Shown one piece after another: positions 19,229-28,602 of a stretch of DNA of 40,158 nucleotides; within the stretch, counting starts at the first letter, position 1; every line of letters begins with the position of its first letter. A program made the translations under genes and the position numbers. Where the stretch lies: NCBI GenBank assembly GCA_023253245.1, contig JALRHB010000001.1, forward strand, positions 1-40,158, in the 5' to 3' direction. The notes beneath the pieces were generated by a model. That model was not told where the DNA came from and searched no databases. It was given only the letters and a program-made list of their open reading frames with translations. This DNA comes from Polynucleobacter sp. (GTDB lineage: Bacteria > Pseudomonadota > Gammaproteobacteria > Burkholderiales > Burkholderiaceae).

Positions 19229-21118
19229 TTATTGCCCAAACGAACGCTCAAGGCGCTGTTGGAAATTTCTAGTAACGCTCAGTGATTCTTTCAAAATACG
19301 CCTATCAATATTGTTCAAGCTATTGAGCTCAATCGCATTCGGATTACCATCAATTTCATGTGCATCAATTTGAATCGATAAGCGCAGCATCTGCAGGTAT
19401 TCAAATGCTGTTACCCAGGACATGTACTCCGCCTCAGGCACTCTCAATACTTGCCCAACTGCAATAAGACGCTCTCTTGTATTGGTCTCCGGTATAGCGT
19501 TTGCCAAAGCATAGATGCGCGCCGCATCAACCAAAATGGCAGTGCCGTGTTTTTTCAAATCAATACACTGCTTGCCATCCAACTTAATCGTATCCAAACC
19601 ACCATGCCAAGTTATGGGCACCTTCATGCGCAGTGAATTCTCAGCTAATTGCTTCAAGAAACGTTGATTCCGTGGAGCATGCGTCAGAATAATTTCTTTC
19701 ATCTTCAGCAACAAATCGGGGTTGCCCGCAATCCTTCTGAAATCAAAGTAAATACTGGCATTTAATAAGTTCTCACCTGAACCCTCATCAATCCAGTGCT
19801 CAAATTTGCGATTCCACTCCGCCTCACTTAAGCAAATTTTTGGATTACTTGCCATCACATTGCCTTTACACAAAGGATAGCCACAAACATCTAGGGCTTT
19901 ATTCACGTCCAGAGCAAATGCAAGATACTTTTCACGTACTGCATCGCTGGCCTCTCCGGCAAAAACCAAAGCATTATCTTGATCTGTTGCGATAGTTTGC
20001 TCAGAGCGACCTTCAGATCCAAGCGCAATCCAAGCAAAGCTCTTCATATCGATATTGTGCTGATGTGCATAAAGCTCAATCAATCGGTCACACACTAAGT
20101 CATTCAAATCGCTGATTAATCGGGTTAGTTGCTTAGCCTGAACTCCTTGGCCAATGAGGTTCTTAGCAAAACGCCTAATATCTTTAGCGCATAGCGCTAC
20201 ACTCGCCAAATCGGGTGCAGAGCGGATAGACATACTGATATGCTTTAGAGAGAGTCGCTGCATTGCAAACAAATCTCTCTCCGAGAGAATATTGACAACT
20301 TCACTGCCATCCATCACTGGAATATGCCGGATACCCAACTGTAGAAACATTAAAGCCGCATCTTGAGCACTATCGCGAATCGTTAAAGACTTTACCCCTT
20401 TAGTCATAACCTCTTTAATGGGCAGGTTCACATCAATTTGCGGAATCGTGACTCTTCCCAAAATGTCATATCGGGTCAGAATGCCCATCAAACCTTCTTG
20501 AGAATTACCTACTAATATCGAGCCCACTCTGCGATCATGCATCTGCGTCAAGGCCTCTTTAATACTAGTATCGGGAGAGACGCAGAGGGGCTTTTTACGA
20601 GGTAATTCACCAAGCGGGGTTTCCAAGGACTGCTCAGAAAAAATTTGGGAAGTGTAGGTTCTTTGTAATACCTGCCATGAGCGCTCTAAAAATCTCATGA
20701 TGCTTTGACTTAAAAAATCTGCAAACTGCGGCGACATTTCTGCCAAGCGTCTCATGACATCCGTAGAAATACTCAAGCAGAAGCAATCTCCAATTGCGGC
20801 ATAGCTTGCAGTTGGAGATCGACCAGCCATAGCCGCACTCACCGGAAAGAGCTCACCTGCTTCAATTTCATGAGCTTCTCCTGCTTCATTAGAAAGACCT
20901 TGTCGTGAAACTACGCCACCCTTACGAATAAAAAATAATCGGTTTACGGGAGGGCTTTGGGGCGATAAAAATACCTCATCAGGCGCGAAATACTCCTCCT
21001 GAGAATTTTCAATGAAAAAATCGACATGCTCCGGTTTCATTTCAGAAAATGGGAGCACCTGCATCATCTGCTGGGTCAGATTCACAATCAAGCTACGAGA
21101 TGGGCTGGTTTTCTTCAA
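19229..21118 (-). CDS. cNMP-binding-like + CBS pair + DUF294 putative nucleotidyltransferase + DUF294_C protein
   Basis: N-terminal cNMP-like fold; CBS motifs (RRVGSILV...GILTRYDI; IRHIPV...ILSERDL); Pol-beta NTase motif ALGSEGRSEQ...TDQDN; GYPLCKGNVMASNP; DLKKHG. TTG start with GAGGA RBS. Confidence 0.9.
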   Translation of the reverse strand: MKKTSPSRSLIVNLTQQMMQVLPFSEMKPEHVDFFIENSQEEYFAPDEVFLSPQSPPVNRLFFIRKGGVVSRQGLSNEAGEAHEIEAGELFPVSAAMAGRSPTASYAAIGDCFCLSISTDVMRRLAEMSPQFADFLSQSIMRFLERSWQVLQRTYTSQIFSEQSLETPLGELPRKKPLCVSPDTSIKEALTQMHDRRVGSILVGNSQEGLMGILTRYDILGRVTIPQIDVNLPIKEVMTKGVKSLTIRDSAQDAALMFLQLGIRHIPVMDGSEVVNILSERDLFAMQRLSLKHISMSIRSAPDLASVALCAKDIRRFAKNLIGQGVQAKQLTRLISDLNDLVCDRLIELYAHQHNIDMKSFAWIALGSEGRSEQTIATDQDNALVFAGEASDAVREKYLAFALDVNKALDVCGYPLCKGNVMASNPKICLSEAEWNRKFEHWIDEGSGENLLNASIYFDFRRIAGNPDLLLKMKEIILTHAPRNQRFLKQLAENSLRMKVPITWHGGLDTIKLDGKQCIDLKKHGTAILVDAARIYALANAIPETNTRERLIAVGQVLRVPEAEYMSWVTAFEYLQMLRLSIQIDAHEIDGNPNAIELNSLNNIDRRILKESLSVTRNFQQRLERSFGQ

Positions 21119-21190
21119 GGCGTCCTCAGTCTTTCGCTTCTGATCAAACTCTCAATTTATCGCGCCATCTGTTTGCTGTCCATAGTATTG

Positions 21191-21226
21191 GCCCCACTTG
21201 TTTGACTCTAATCAAATAAGTGGGGC
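21191..21226. other. Inverted repeat between the pilin and DUF294 genes
   Basis: gccccacttgtttga-ctctaa-tcaaataagtggggc has 15-bp arms with one mismatch. Confidence 0.6.
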
Positions 21227-21251
21227 TTTATTAAAAACCCAAGCGAGCGAC

Positions 21252-21770
21252 TTACTTACTCAAGCGACACTCTGCGGGTAGCAATTGAGCGGGCAGGTTT
21301 GTTTCCACATTTCTACATGACCACGCTCCAGCCCAAGTGGAGCCCTCTGGCTTAGACAAGTCGATTCCCCTAGGAGTAATGGCATCGGGCTCATTCGTTG
21401 GAATCAGGTAAAGGGTATTTTTACCTGCAGGAGCAACATTTGCCTGATAGTCAATAGCAATCGCTCCTGAAGGGTCAATTTCAATTAACTTCACATTTCG
21501 GGTGGGGGCAAACACAAAAGATCCCTGAGTTGCCTCATCCATTGCCACAGTGCCACGACTAGAAAAAGTCTCTGTTACAGCTAGCTTTGCGGCTGAGGCG
21601 AGATTTAAACCTTCCACAATCCTGCTGCGGGCGATGTAGTCCTGATACTTTGGAACTGCTACTGCAACCAAGATACCAATAATGGCAACAACGACCATGA
21701 CCTCAATTAGAGTGAAGCCTGATTCCTCAATTGAATTTAATTCTAGGGTAGTGATATTTTTTGTAGCCAT
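21252..21770 (-). CDS. Type IV pilin (PilA-like; start moved to ATG 21770)
   Basis: Class III signal G|FTLIEVMVVVAIIGILVAVAVPKY; C-terminal WSC...PAEC disulfide loop; GGAG RBS before ATG 21770. Confidence 0.9.
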   Translation of the reverse strand: MATKNITTLELNSIEESGFTLIEVMVVVAIIGILVAVAVPKYQDYIARSRIVEGLNLASAAKLAVTETFSSRGTVAMDEATQGSFVFAPTRNVKLIEIDPSGAIAIDYQANVAPAGKNTLYLIPTNEPDAITPRGIDLSKPEGSTWAGAWSCRNVETNLPAQLLPAECRLSK

Positions 21771-21843
21771 GGGACTTTCTCCGGAAGTGAAATACATCAT
21801 CTTCTAGTCTATACCCATGAAATTCAAGGCGCCACAATGTAAG

Positions 21844-21871
21844 AAAAGCCGGCTACAGAAGCCGGCTTTTT
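21844..21871 (-). terminator. Intrinsic terminator after the TerC gene
   Basis: aaaagccggct-acaga-agccggctttt. Confidence 0.8.
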
Positions 21872-21892
21872 CATGAGATTAAGAGAGAAAAC

Positions 21893-22600
21893 TTAATGCG
21901 CTTCTTTTTTGGCGTTCTTTTTCTTCAAGTACGTACCAACCAAAATCACAATAACTATTCCAACAACTTCGAACGCTAGCTTCGCATCACCCAAAGCGGC
22001 ATGCAGGCTATCTTTAATCGCTGGATCGTCTACTAACATGCCACCCGCCAAGAAACCTAAAAGGCCAGCGCCCAAAGTAATGATGATTGGGAAACGCTCC
22101 ATCACCTTTAACAACATGGCGCTACCAAAAATGATCAACGGAATAGACATTCCCAGACCAATAATTAAAAGTAATAGACGAGTCTCTTCTGGACCTTTTT
22201 GAGCCGCTGCCGCAACAGCCAACACATTATCCAAACTCATCACTAGGTCAGCAATCAAGATCGTACGAATAGCAGCCCAAATACTAGACTTTGCTTCCAT
22301 ATGCTCTTCACCATCACTGTCCGATAACAGCTGAATGCCGATATATAACAAAAGCACGCCACCAATGATCTTGAGGTAGGGCAAAGTCAACAAGGCTACT
22401 GCTGTAATGGTAAGAACTACCCGCAGAATAATTGCGGCGGCGCTGCCCCAAAAAATTGCTTTCTTTTGTTGTGCGGGAGGCAAATTGCGTGAAGCTAAAG
22501 CGATCACTACTGCGTTATCGCCAGACAACAAAATATTCGCAACAATAATTGAGAGTAATGCCGCCCAAAAGCTAGCATCAGAAAAAGCTGAAAAATCCAT
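21893..22600 (-). CDS. TerC-family membrane protein (YjbE-like)
   Basis: LSGDNAVVIALA and ADLVMSLDNVLAVAA motifs. Confidence 0.9.
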   Translation of the reverse strand: MDFSAFSDASFWAALLSIIVANILLSGDNAVVIALASRNLPPAQQKKAIFWGSAAAIILRVVLTITAVALLTLPYLKIIGGVLLLYIGIQLLSDSDGEEHMEAKSSIWAAIRTILIADLVMSLDNVLAVAAAAQKGPEETRLLLLIIGLGMSIPLIIFGSAMLLKVMERFPIIITLGAGLLGFLAGGMLVDDPAIKDSLHAALGDAKLAFEVVGIVIVILVGTYLKKKNAKKEAH

Positions 22601-22647
22601 AATGTCTCCGTACTTTTTTATATTTTAGTTTTAACTACTTTTACAAC

Positions 22648-22675
22648 AAAAAAGCATGCCGACGAATCGGCACGC
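22648..22675 (-). terminator. Intrinsic terminator after sucD
   Basis: Minus strand reads gcgtgccga-TTCG-tcggcatgc-tttttt. Confidence 0.85.
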
Positions 22676-22681
22676 CTTCGA

Positions 22682-23575
22682 TTACAACATGGCTTTAAGT
22701 AAAGCAGCCATTTCAGATGGGTTCTTTGTTACCTTAAAGCCACACTCTTCCATAATGGCTAGCTTAGCATCAGCCGTATCTGCTCCACCAGAAATCAATG
22801 CGCCAGCATGGCCCATACGCTTTCCTGGAGGCGCTGTTACGCCTGCGATAAAGCCAACTACCGGCTTTTTCATATTATCTTTACACCAACGAGCCGCTTC
22901 CGCCTCATCTGGACCGCCGATCTCACCAATCATAATGACTGCGTCAGTCTCGGGATCCTCATTAAACATCTTCATCACATCAATGTGCTTCAGGCCATTA
23001 ATAGGATCGCCACCAATACCCACCGCAGTAGATTGACCTAGACCAATTGCTGTGAGTTGGCCAACAGCCTCGTAAGTTAAGGTGCCAGAACGGCTCACTA
23101 CACCAATACGGCCTTTTTTATGAATATGCCCAGGCATGATGCCGATTTTGATTTCATCTGGAGTGATAATTCCAGGGCAATTAGGGCCAAGCAATAAAGT
23201 TTTTTTGCCACCAGCCGCCTCTTTAGCTTTCATCTTATTGCGCACCTCTAACATGTCGCGCACTGGGATGCCTTCAGTAATGCAGATTACAAAATCGAGA
23301 TCTGCCTCAACCGCTTCCCAAATCGCAGCAGCAGCGCCAGGAGGCGGAACATAAATCACAGAGGTAGTGGCACCAGTTTGTTGAGCAGCCTCTTTTACCG
23401 TTCCAAAAATGGGAATGTTAAAAATAGATTCGCCAGCCTTCTTTGGATTTACACCTGCTACAAAACAATTTTTGCCGTTTGCATATTCTTGACATTTTTC
23501 TGTATGGAACTGGCCAGTCTTACCAGTAATACCTTGAGTGATGACTCGTGTATTTTTATTTACCAAAATAGACAT
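22682..23575 (-). CDS. sucD: Succinyl-CoA synthetase alpha subunit (start ATG 23575)
   Basis: [23 protein letters not shown] and RMGHAGA (phospho-His). Confidence 0.97.
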   Translation of the reverse strand: MSILVNKNTRVITQGITGKTGQFHTEKCQEYANGKNCFVAGVNPKKAGESIFNIPIFGTVKEAAQQTGATTSVIYVPPPGAAAAIWEAVEADLDFVICITEGIPVRDMLEVRNKMKAKEAAGGKKTLLLGPNCPGIITPDEIKIGIMPGHIHKKGRIGVVSRSGTLTYEAVGQLTAIGLGQSTAVGIGGDPINGLKHIDVMKMFNEDPETDAVIMIGEIGGPDEAEAARWCKDNMKKPVVGFIAGVTAPPGKRMGHAGALISGGADTADAKLAIMEECGFKVTKNPSEMAALLKAML

Positions 23576-23590
23576 ATTCAAATTCCTTGA

Positions 23591-24760
23591 TTATTTATTT
23601 TTTGCAACAGCGGCAACTACTTTTGTAGCTGCTTCAGCCATTGAATCGGCGCTAATGATTGGTAAACCAGAGTCAGCAAGAATCTTCTTGCCTAAGTCCT
23701 CATTGGTTCCCTTCATTCGCACAACCAAAGGCACTGTCAAATTGACAGCCTTACATGCTGTAACCACTCCATCTGCGATGACATCGCAACGCATGATGCC
23801 GCCAAAAATATTCACCAAAATCGCCTCAACACTCTTGTTCTTGAGCATGATTTTGAAGGCTTCTGTTACTTTTTCCGCTGTGGCTCCACCTCCTACGTCT
23901 AAGAAGTTTGCTGGCTCACCACCAAACAACTTAATCGTATCCATGGTGGCCATAGCCAAACCAGCACCATTAACTAAGCAACCAATATTGCCATCAAGGG
24001 AGATGTACGCAAGATCAAATTTAGAAGCTTCAATTTCCGCTGCATCCTCTTCATCAATATCACGGTAAGCAACAATTTCAGGATGGCGATACAGAGCATT
24101 AGGATCAAAGTTAAATTTAGCATCCAATGCTTTGATCTTGCCGTTACCTTCCAAAATTAATGGGTTGATTTCAACTAATGAAGCATCAGTATCCCAATAT
24201 GTTTTGTAGAGATTTTTAAATACATCGCGAGCCATTGGTATAGAGGCATCAGGGACACCAATCCCTTTTGCAATCACATCGCAGTCAGCATCAGTTAAGC
24301 CAATCATCGGATCAACAAAAACTTTAATAATTTTTTCGGGATGAGATTCAGCCACCTCTTCGATATCCATGCCACCCTCACTGGATGCCATGATCACATT
24401 CTTTTGTGTGCCACGATCAGTCACGATACTGAAGTAGTACTCTTTCTTAATATCAGCACCATCTTCAATTAGTAAGCGATTTACCTTTTGACCTTCTGGC
24501 CCAGTTTGATGAGTCTTTAATTGCATTCCCAAAATCTCAGAAGCATATCTTTTAACTTCATCCATGCTCTTTGCTAGCTTTACGCCGCCACCCTTACCAC
24601 GCCCACCTGCGTGAATTTGAGCTTTCACAACCCATACTGGGCCACCCAGTTTTTCAGCTGCTTTGACTGCCTCATCAACACTGAACGCAGGAATGCCATT
24701 AGGAACAGGCACATTAAATTGGCGTAATAGTTCTTTGCCTTGGTACTCGTGAATTTTCAT
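23591..24760 (-). CDS. sucC: Succinyl-CoA synthetase beta subunit
   Basis: [34 protein letters not shown] and NIFGGI. Confidence 0.97.
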   Translation of the reverse strand: MKIHEYQGKELLRQFNVPVPNGIPAFSVDEAVKAAEKLGGPVWVVKAQIHAGGRGKGGGVKLAKSMDEVKRYASEILGMQLKTHQTGPEGQKVNRLLIEDGADIKKEYYFSIVTDRGTQKNVIMASSEGGMDIEEVAESHPEKIIKVFVDPMIGLTDADCDVIAKGIGVPDASIPMARDVFKNLYKTYWDTDASLVEINPLILEGNGKIKALDAKFNFDPNALYRHPEIVAYRDIDEEDAAEIEASKFDLAYISLDGNIGCLVNGAGLAMATMDTIKLFGGEPANFLDVGGGATAEKVTEAFKIMLKNKSVEAILVNIFGGIMRCDVIADGVVTACKAVNLTVPLVVRMKGTNEDLGKKILADSGLPIISADSMAEAATKVVAAVAKNK

Positions 24761-24932
24761 AATTACTCCGAAACGGTGTCTTTTTTAGCTAGCGATAAGA
24801 ATTTATAAAACCTAACACCTATTTTTAGCTTTCTTACTGCATATGGCTAATAAATGGCATGCGATTTATCCGACTCCGTAAGTCTATCATGTTGCAATGC
24901 ATCAACTAGAGCTTATTGGCTCCGTAATTGCC

Positions 24933-25469
24933 CTAGGCAGATCGTCCGGCTACCACCCTTGAGATCACCTCGGAGCTAAAGCCCTTGGATGCCAAAAAAC
25001 GATATTGTCTTGCTCGCTCTTTTTGCTCTTGCGCCACCACACCAAATTTTCTGAGCCAAAGGGCTTTGGCCCTCTCAAATTCGGTCTCTTTTAGTGATTT
25101 CAATAGCTCGGCAGACTCCTGAGAACCTACTCCAGCCCGCTCTAACTCATCCTGAATTTTTCTTACGCCAAAACGCTCACCTCTCCTGCGGACCAAAGCC
25201 TGGGCAAAACGCTCATCAGATAACCATCCCCTCTTCTCAAAATCATCCAAAACTTCAAGGATTTGAATACTCAAAGCTTTTTCTGCGAGAGGATCTTTCT
25301 CCTTGGATGATTCTGAATCGCCCTTTACCTGCCTTGCAGCCAATTCTGTTAGTTTGGCTTCCAGGCCCTTACGACTATATTCACGCATCGATAAAAGGCG
25401 CAAAGCCCGAGCTTTCAAACTCGGGCTTTGTTTTTTACTTTTTTTGACGTCGAGATCTGATTCCGACAT
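24933..25469 (-). CDS. recX: Recombination regulator RecX
   Basis: ALRLLSMREYSR, WLSDERFA and RFLASKGFS; directly downstream of recA. Confidence 0.92.
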   Translation of the reverse strand: MSESDLDVKKSKKQSPSLKARALRLLSMREYSRKGLEAKLTELAARQVKGDSESSKEKDPLAEKALSIQILEVLDDFEKRGWLSDERFAQALVRRRGERFGVRKIQDELERAGVGSQESAELLKSLKETEFERAKALWLRKFGVVAQEQKERARQYRFLASKGFSSEVISRVVAGRSA

Positions 25470-25476
25470 CGAAGAA

Positions 25477-26565
25477 TTATGCTTCCTCTTCTTCGCTTAC
25501 GACATCGCTAATCACAGCGGTGCCAGCTTTAACACCCAGTTTCTCGCGAATCTTGGCTTCAATATCTTGAGCAATGGCTGGGTTCTCTTTTAAGAAGTCA
25601 CGTACATTGTCTTTGCCTTGACCAATACGATCGCCGTTGTAGCTATACCAAGATCCTGACTTTTCTATGATGTCGGCCTCTACTCCCATATCAATTATTT
25701 CGCCCTCTCTTGAAATTCCAGCGCCATACATGATGTCAAAAATCGCTTCGCGGAACGGGGGTGAAACTTTATTCTTCACGACTTTCACGCGTGTCTCATT
25801 GCCAACTACTTCATCACCCTTCTTGATGCTACCAATGCGACGAATATCTAAACGCATCGAGGCATAGAATTTGAGAGCATTACCACCAGTTGTTGTTTCT
25901 GGGGAGCCAAACATCACGCCAATCTTCATTCGAATCTGATTAATAAAAATCACCGTAGTATTGGTCCGTTTAATTGCACCGGTCAATTTACGTAGGGCCT
26001 GACTCATTAAACGCGCCTGCAAGCCTGGCAACGAATCCCCCATGTCACCCTCAATCTCTGCTCTTGGGACTAATGCCGCTACAGAGTCCACCACTATTAA
26101 ATCGATTGAGCCTGAGCGTACTAAAGCATCTGCAATTTCTAAGGCTTGTTCCCCAGTGTCGGGCTGTGAAATCAATAGATTATTAACATCAACGCCAAGG
26201 CGGGACGCATATTGCACATCGAGCGCATGCTCAGCATCAATAAACGCGCAAGTGCCACCCATCTTTTGCATTTCTGCAATTGCATGCAATGTAAGGGTTG
26301 TTTTTCCTGATGACTCTGGCCCATAAATTTCAATGACACGACCGCGCGCCAATCCACCTACCCCTAATGCAATATCCAAACCCAATGAACCACTGGAAAC
26401 AACTTGAATATCTTGATGAATCTCCGCATCGCCCAATCGCATGATTGAGCCCTTGCCAAACTGCTTCTCAATTTGCGCTAAGGCCGCAGTTAAGGCCTTT
26501 TGTTTGTCTCCACTCATGCCATCAAAATCTGATGAGGCTGATTTTTTCTTATCATCCAAGGCCAT
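25477..26565 (-). CDS. recA: Recombinase RecA
   Basis: [28 protein letters not shown] and GGNALKFYA. Confidence 0.99.
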   Translation of the reverse strand: MALDDKKKSASSDFDGMSGDKQKALTAALAQIEKQFGKGSIMRLGDAEIHQDIQVVSSGSLGLDIALGVGGLARGRVIEIYGPESSGKTTLTLHAIAEMQKMGGTCAFIDAEHALDVQYASRLGVDVNNLLISQPDTGEQALEIADALVRSGSIDLIVVDSVAALVPRAEIEGDMGDSLPGLQARLMSQALRKLTGAIKRTNTTVIFINQIRMKIGVMFGSPETTTGGNALKFYASMRLDIRRIGSIKKGDEVVGNETRVKVVKNKVSPPFREAIFDIMYGAGISREGEIIDMGVEADIIEKSGSWYSYNGDRIGQGKDNVRDFLKENPAIAQDIEAKIREKLGVKAGTAVISDVVSEEEEA

Positions 26566-26636
26566 TTTTTAATTCCTTTTCGCTATCTATTGGGCTTTTT
26601 CCCGAAGTTTCTGTACTTACTTAACAACTTAGAAGT

Positions 26637-26656
26637 TACTGTATATAAAAACAGTA
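26637..26656. promoter_or_regulatory. LexA (SOS) box
   Basis: tactgtatataaaaacagta = TACTG-N10-CAGTA, about 70 bp upstream of recA. Confidence 0.93.
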
Positions 26657-26666
26657 CTATTTGCAA
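26638..26666 (-). promoter_or_regulatory. Sigma70 promoter of recA-recX, overlapped by the LexA box
   Basis: Minus strand reads TTGCAA-17 nt-TACAGT. Confidence 0.7.
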
Positions 26667-26681
26667 GGAACTTTTATGGTC

Positions 26682-27212
26682 TTATTGCTGATTTTTGTTT
26701 GGGCTCATTCTTACGCGATCCCAGTAAAAGAATAGTGGTATTGCGGCGCCCCAAACGATGGCAAGCAGTATGAGCCCCCCGACCTGTCCATTTGGACCCC
26801 AAGCACCAGCGCCCATTCTGATCCCAGCTTCATAGGACATAGGTCCTGCAATTGCCCCCAAAACTGCGCCCAATATGGGTCTTTCACGCAACCAAGACAA
26901 GGACCCGCTAATAGTGCTTGCTACTAGAGCCCAAAGCGTCCACATCCACGCTGGAGATAAATACTGGCTTGGCCATGCATCTTCAAAGACCAGAAATCCC
27001 GATAAGGATATAAGTGAGTCAGCGCTTACTCCAAATATAGTAGCCTTGCATAATAGATTCAGCTCCTGAGCAACTTGATTGGAGCGCCAAATATGTATAG
27101 CAAGATAAAGCAAGGTGATCACAACTGGCCAAAATACTTGATGGTTGGCAGCGCCAATAACGCAGGCAAACCAACCTAGCTGGAAAAACACGAAGTTCCA
27201 AAATTTAGCCAT
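26682..27212 (-). CDS. DUF2878-family membrane protein (start moved to ATG 27212)
   Basis: NFVFFQLGWFACV, P.WM..LW, SLSWL and GPMSY.AG motifs. Confidence 0.8.
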   Translation of the reverse strand: MAKFWNFVFFQLGWFACVIGAANHQVFWPVVITLLYLAIHIWRSNQVAQELNLLCKATIFGVSADSLISLSGFLVFEDAWPSQYLSPAWMWTLWALVASTISGSLSWLRERPILGAVLGAIAGPMSYEAGIRMGAGAWGPNGQVGGLILLAIVWGAAIPLFFYWDRVRMSPNKNQQ

Positions 27213-27239
27213 CAACAAACCCAAGTAAACCCGCCCAAG

Positions 27240-27269
27240 AAAAAGGCCACTGCCGCTGGGCAATGGCCT
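27240..27269 (-). terminator. Intrinsic terminator after tRNA-Met
   Basis: Minus strand reads aggccattgcc-cagc-ggcagtggcc-ttttt. Confidence 0.75.
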
Positions 27270-27277
27270 AATAAATC

Positions 27278-27354
<77 letters not shown>

Positions 27355-27363
27355 GAACTTGTG

Positions 27364-27392
27364 ATTTTAGCTTAATTGGCCGAGTCGATCAA
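27364..27392 (-). promoter_or_regulatory. Sigma70 promoter for the tRNA
   Basis: Minus strand reads TTGATC-17 nt-TAAAAT, ending 9 nt before the tRNA 5' end. Confidence 0.7.
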
Positions 27393-27394
27393 TT

Positions 27395-28048
27395 TTATTT
27401 AGTGCGCAACATGAGCTTTTTATAGGCTTCTTTTGTAAAGATCCAAAGAGCTGGCAGACCTGGAATCACAATCATTGCGAGAGCCACTATTGAGAAATTG
27501 CTTTTTACCCAAGGGTGGTCACCAATTAAGTATCCGAGGCTTGTCAAACTACAAACCCAAAAGATACCGCCAATAGCGTTATAGAAAACAAAAACGGAAT
27601 ACCGCATATGGGCAACCCCAGCTACAAAAGGGGCGAAAGTGCGTATAAACGGCATAAAGCGCCCCAAAACAATTGTGATAGGGCCATATTTCTCATAGAA
27701 GGCATGCGCTTTATCAAACGCATTCCGATTAAACCAGCGAGAGTTTTCCCAAGAAAAAACCCGATTACCAATAATGCGACCAATTGAATAATTGAGGGCA
27801 TCCCCCAATACTGCAGCTGTAGTGAGCAGCGCCATTAAAACTACTAAATCCAAACCACCAACAGCTGCAATTGCCCCAGCGACAAATAGCAATGAATCTC
27901 CTGGCAAAAATGGCATCACCACCAAGCCAGTCTCGACAAAAATAATCGCAAACAAAAGAGCATAGATCCAAACACCCCATTGATTAGCAACTAAGGCAAG
28001 ATTTTTGTCGAGATGCAAAAACAAGTCGATGAAATAGGAAAAATCCAA
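27395..28048 (-). CDS. DedA-family membrane protein
   Basis: ETGLVVMPFLPGDSLLF and GRFMPFIRTFAPFVAG. Confidence 0.92.
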   Translation of the reverse strand: MDFSYFIDLFLHLDKNLALVANQWGVWIYALLFAIIFVETGLVVMPFLPGDSLLFVAGAIAAVGGLDLVVLMALLTTAAVLGDALNYSIGRIIGNRVFSWENSRWFNRNAFDKAHAFYEKYGPITIVLGRFMPFIRTFAPFVAGVAHMRYSVFVFYNAIGGIFWVCSLTSLGYLIGDHPWVKSNFSIVALAMIVIPGLPALWIFTKEAYKKLMLRTK

Positions 28049-28148
28049 AAGGGCTCCAGAAGTTTGAGAAATACTATTGAGAATGTTGCTAGGCTCAGAC
28101 CTCTATTCTAAAGAATGCAAGCCATAAGTCATCTGCACAAACTACTAA

Positions 28149-28559
28149 CTACTTTATTTGAAAAGTGCTGACCCCTTCATCTCGGTTATAGCGTACAAAA
28201 ACCTCAATTTGCTTTGCCAGAAAAAGTTTTTTGAGAACCTCATCCTTATTTTCAAAAATAATGGCGGTTTGCTCAGGGTATCGAGAAAAAGGATCGCTCA
28301 TCACCTCAATGGGCTGACCATCAACTTTAATCAGGCGAATAGTACGCTTATGTAAACGATCGGCTTGAATAAAGATAAGCCGCTTCATATATTTATCAAG
28401 CACCAGCTTTTGGCCCTGTGGATTCGTCTTGTAGTAGTAAACAAGCTCCTCTTTGCCATTTTTAGTAACATCACGCTCTTCGTCCCATTTGGCAATTGCA
28501 GGTTGGCACAAGAAAGTACTTAGAATAGCTAAGGCGAGAATTCTATATAGTTGCATCAT
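28149..28559 (-). CDS. Secreted hypothetical protein
   Basis: Sec signal peptide ending AIA|KW; GAAGG upstream; no family recognised. Confidence 0.7.
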   Translation of the reverse strand: MMQLYRILALAILSTFLCQPAIAKWDEERDVTKNGKEELVYYYKTNPQGQKLVLDKYMKRLIFIQADRLHKRTIRLIKVDGQPIEVMSDPFSRYPEQTAIIFENKDEVLKKLFLAKQIEVFVRYNRDEGVSTFQIK

Positions 28560-28602
28560 TTGCCTTCTTTAATAGATTATTGAATCTTATCAGTCATCTC
28601 AT

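Noticed and set aside
18576-21118. NTase + nuclease pair as a CBASS-like or toxin-antitoxin defence system, or the exonuclease as dnaQ
   Set aside because: The NTase has GlnD/GlnE-like DUF294 architecture with sensory domains rather than a CD-NTase or minimal NTase. The context is transport, and no effector or replication genes are adjacent.
25477-26565. Intein or insertion in RecA
   Set aside because: The length (362 aa) is normal, with only a short N-terminal extension.
26611-26628. Second LexA box (ctgtacttacttaacaa)
   Set aside because: It lacks CAG at the required CTG-N10-CAG spacing.
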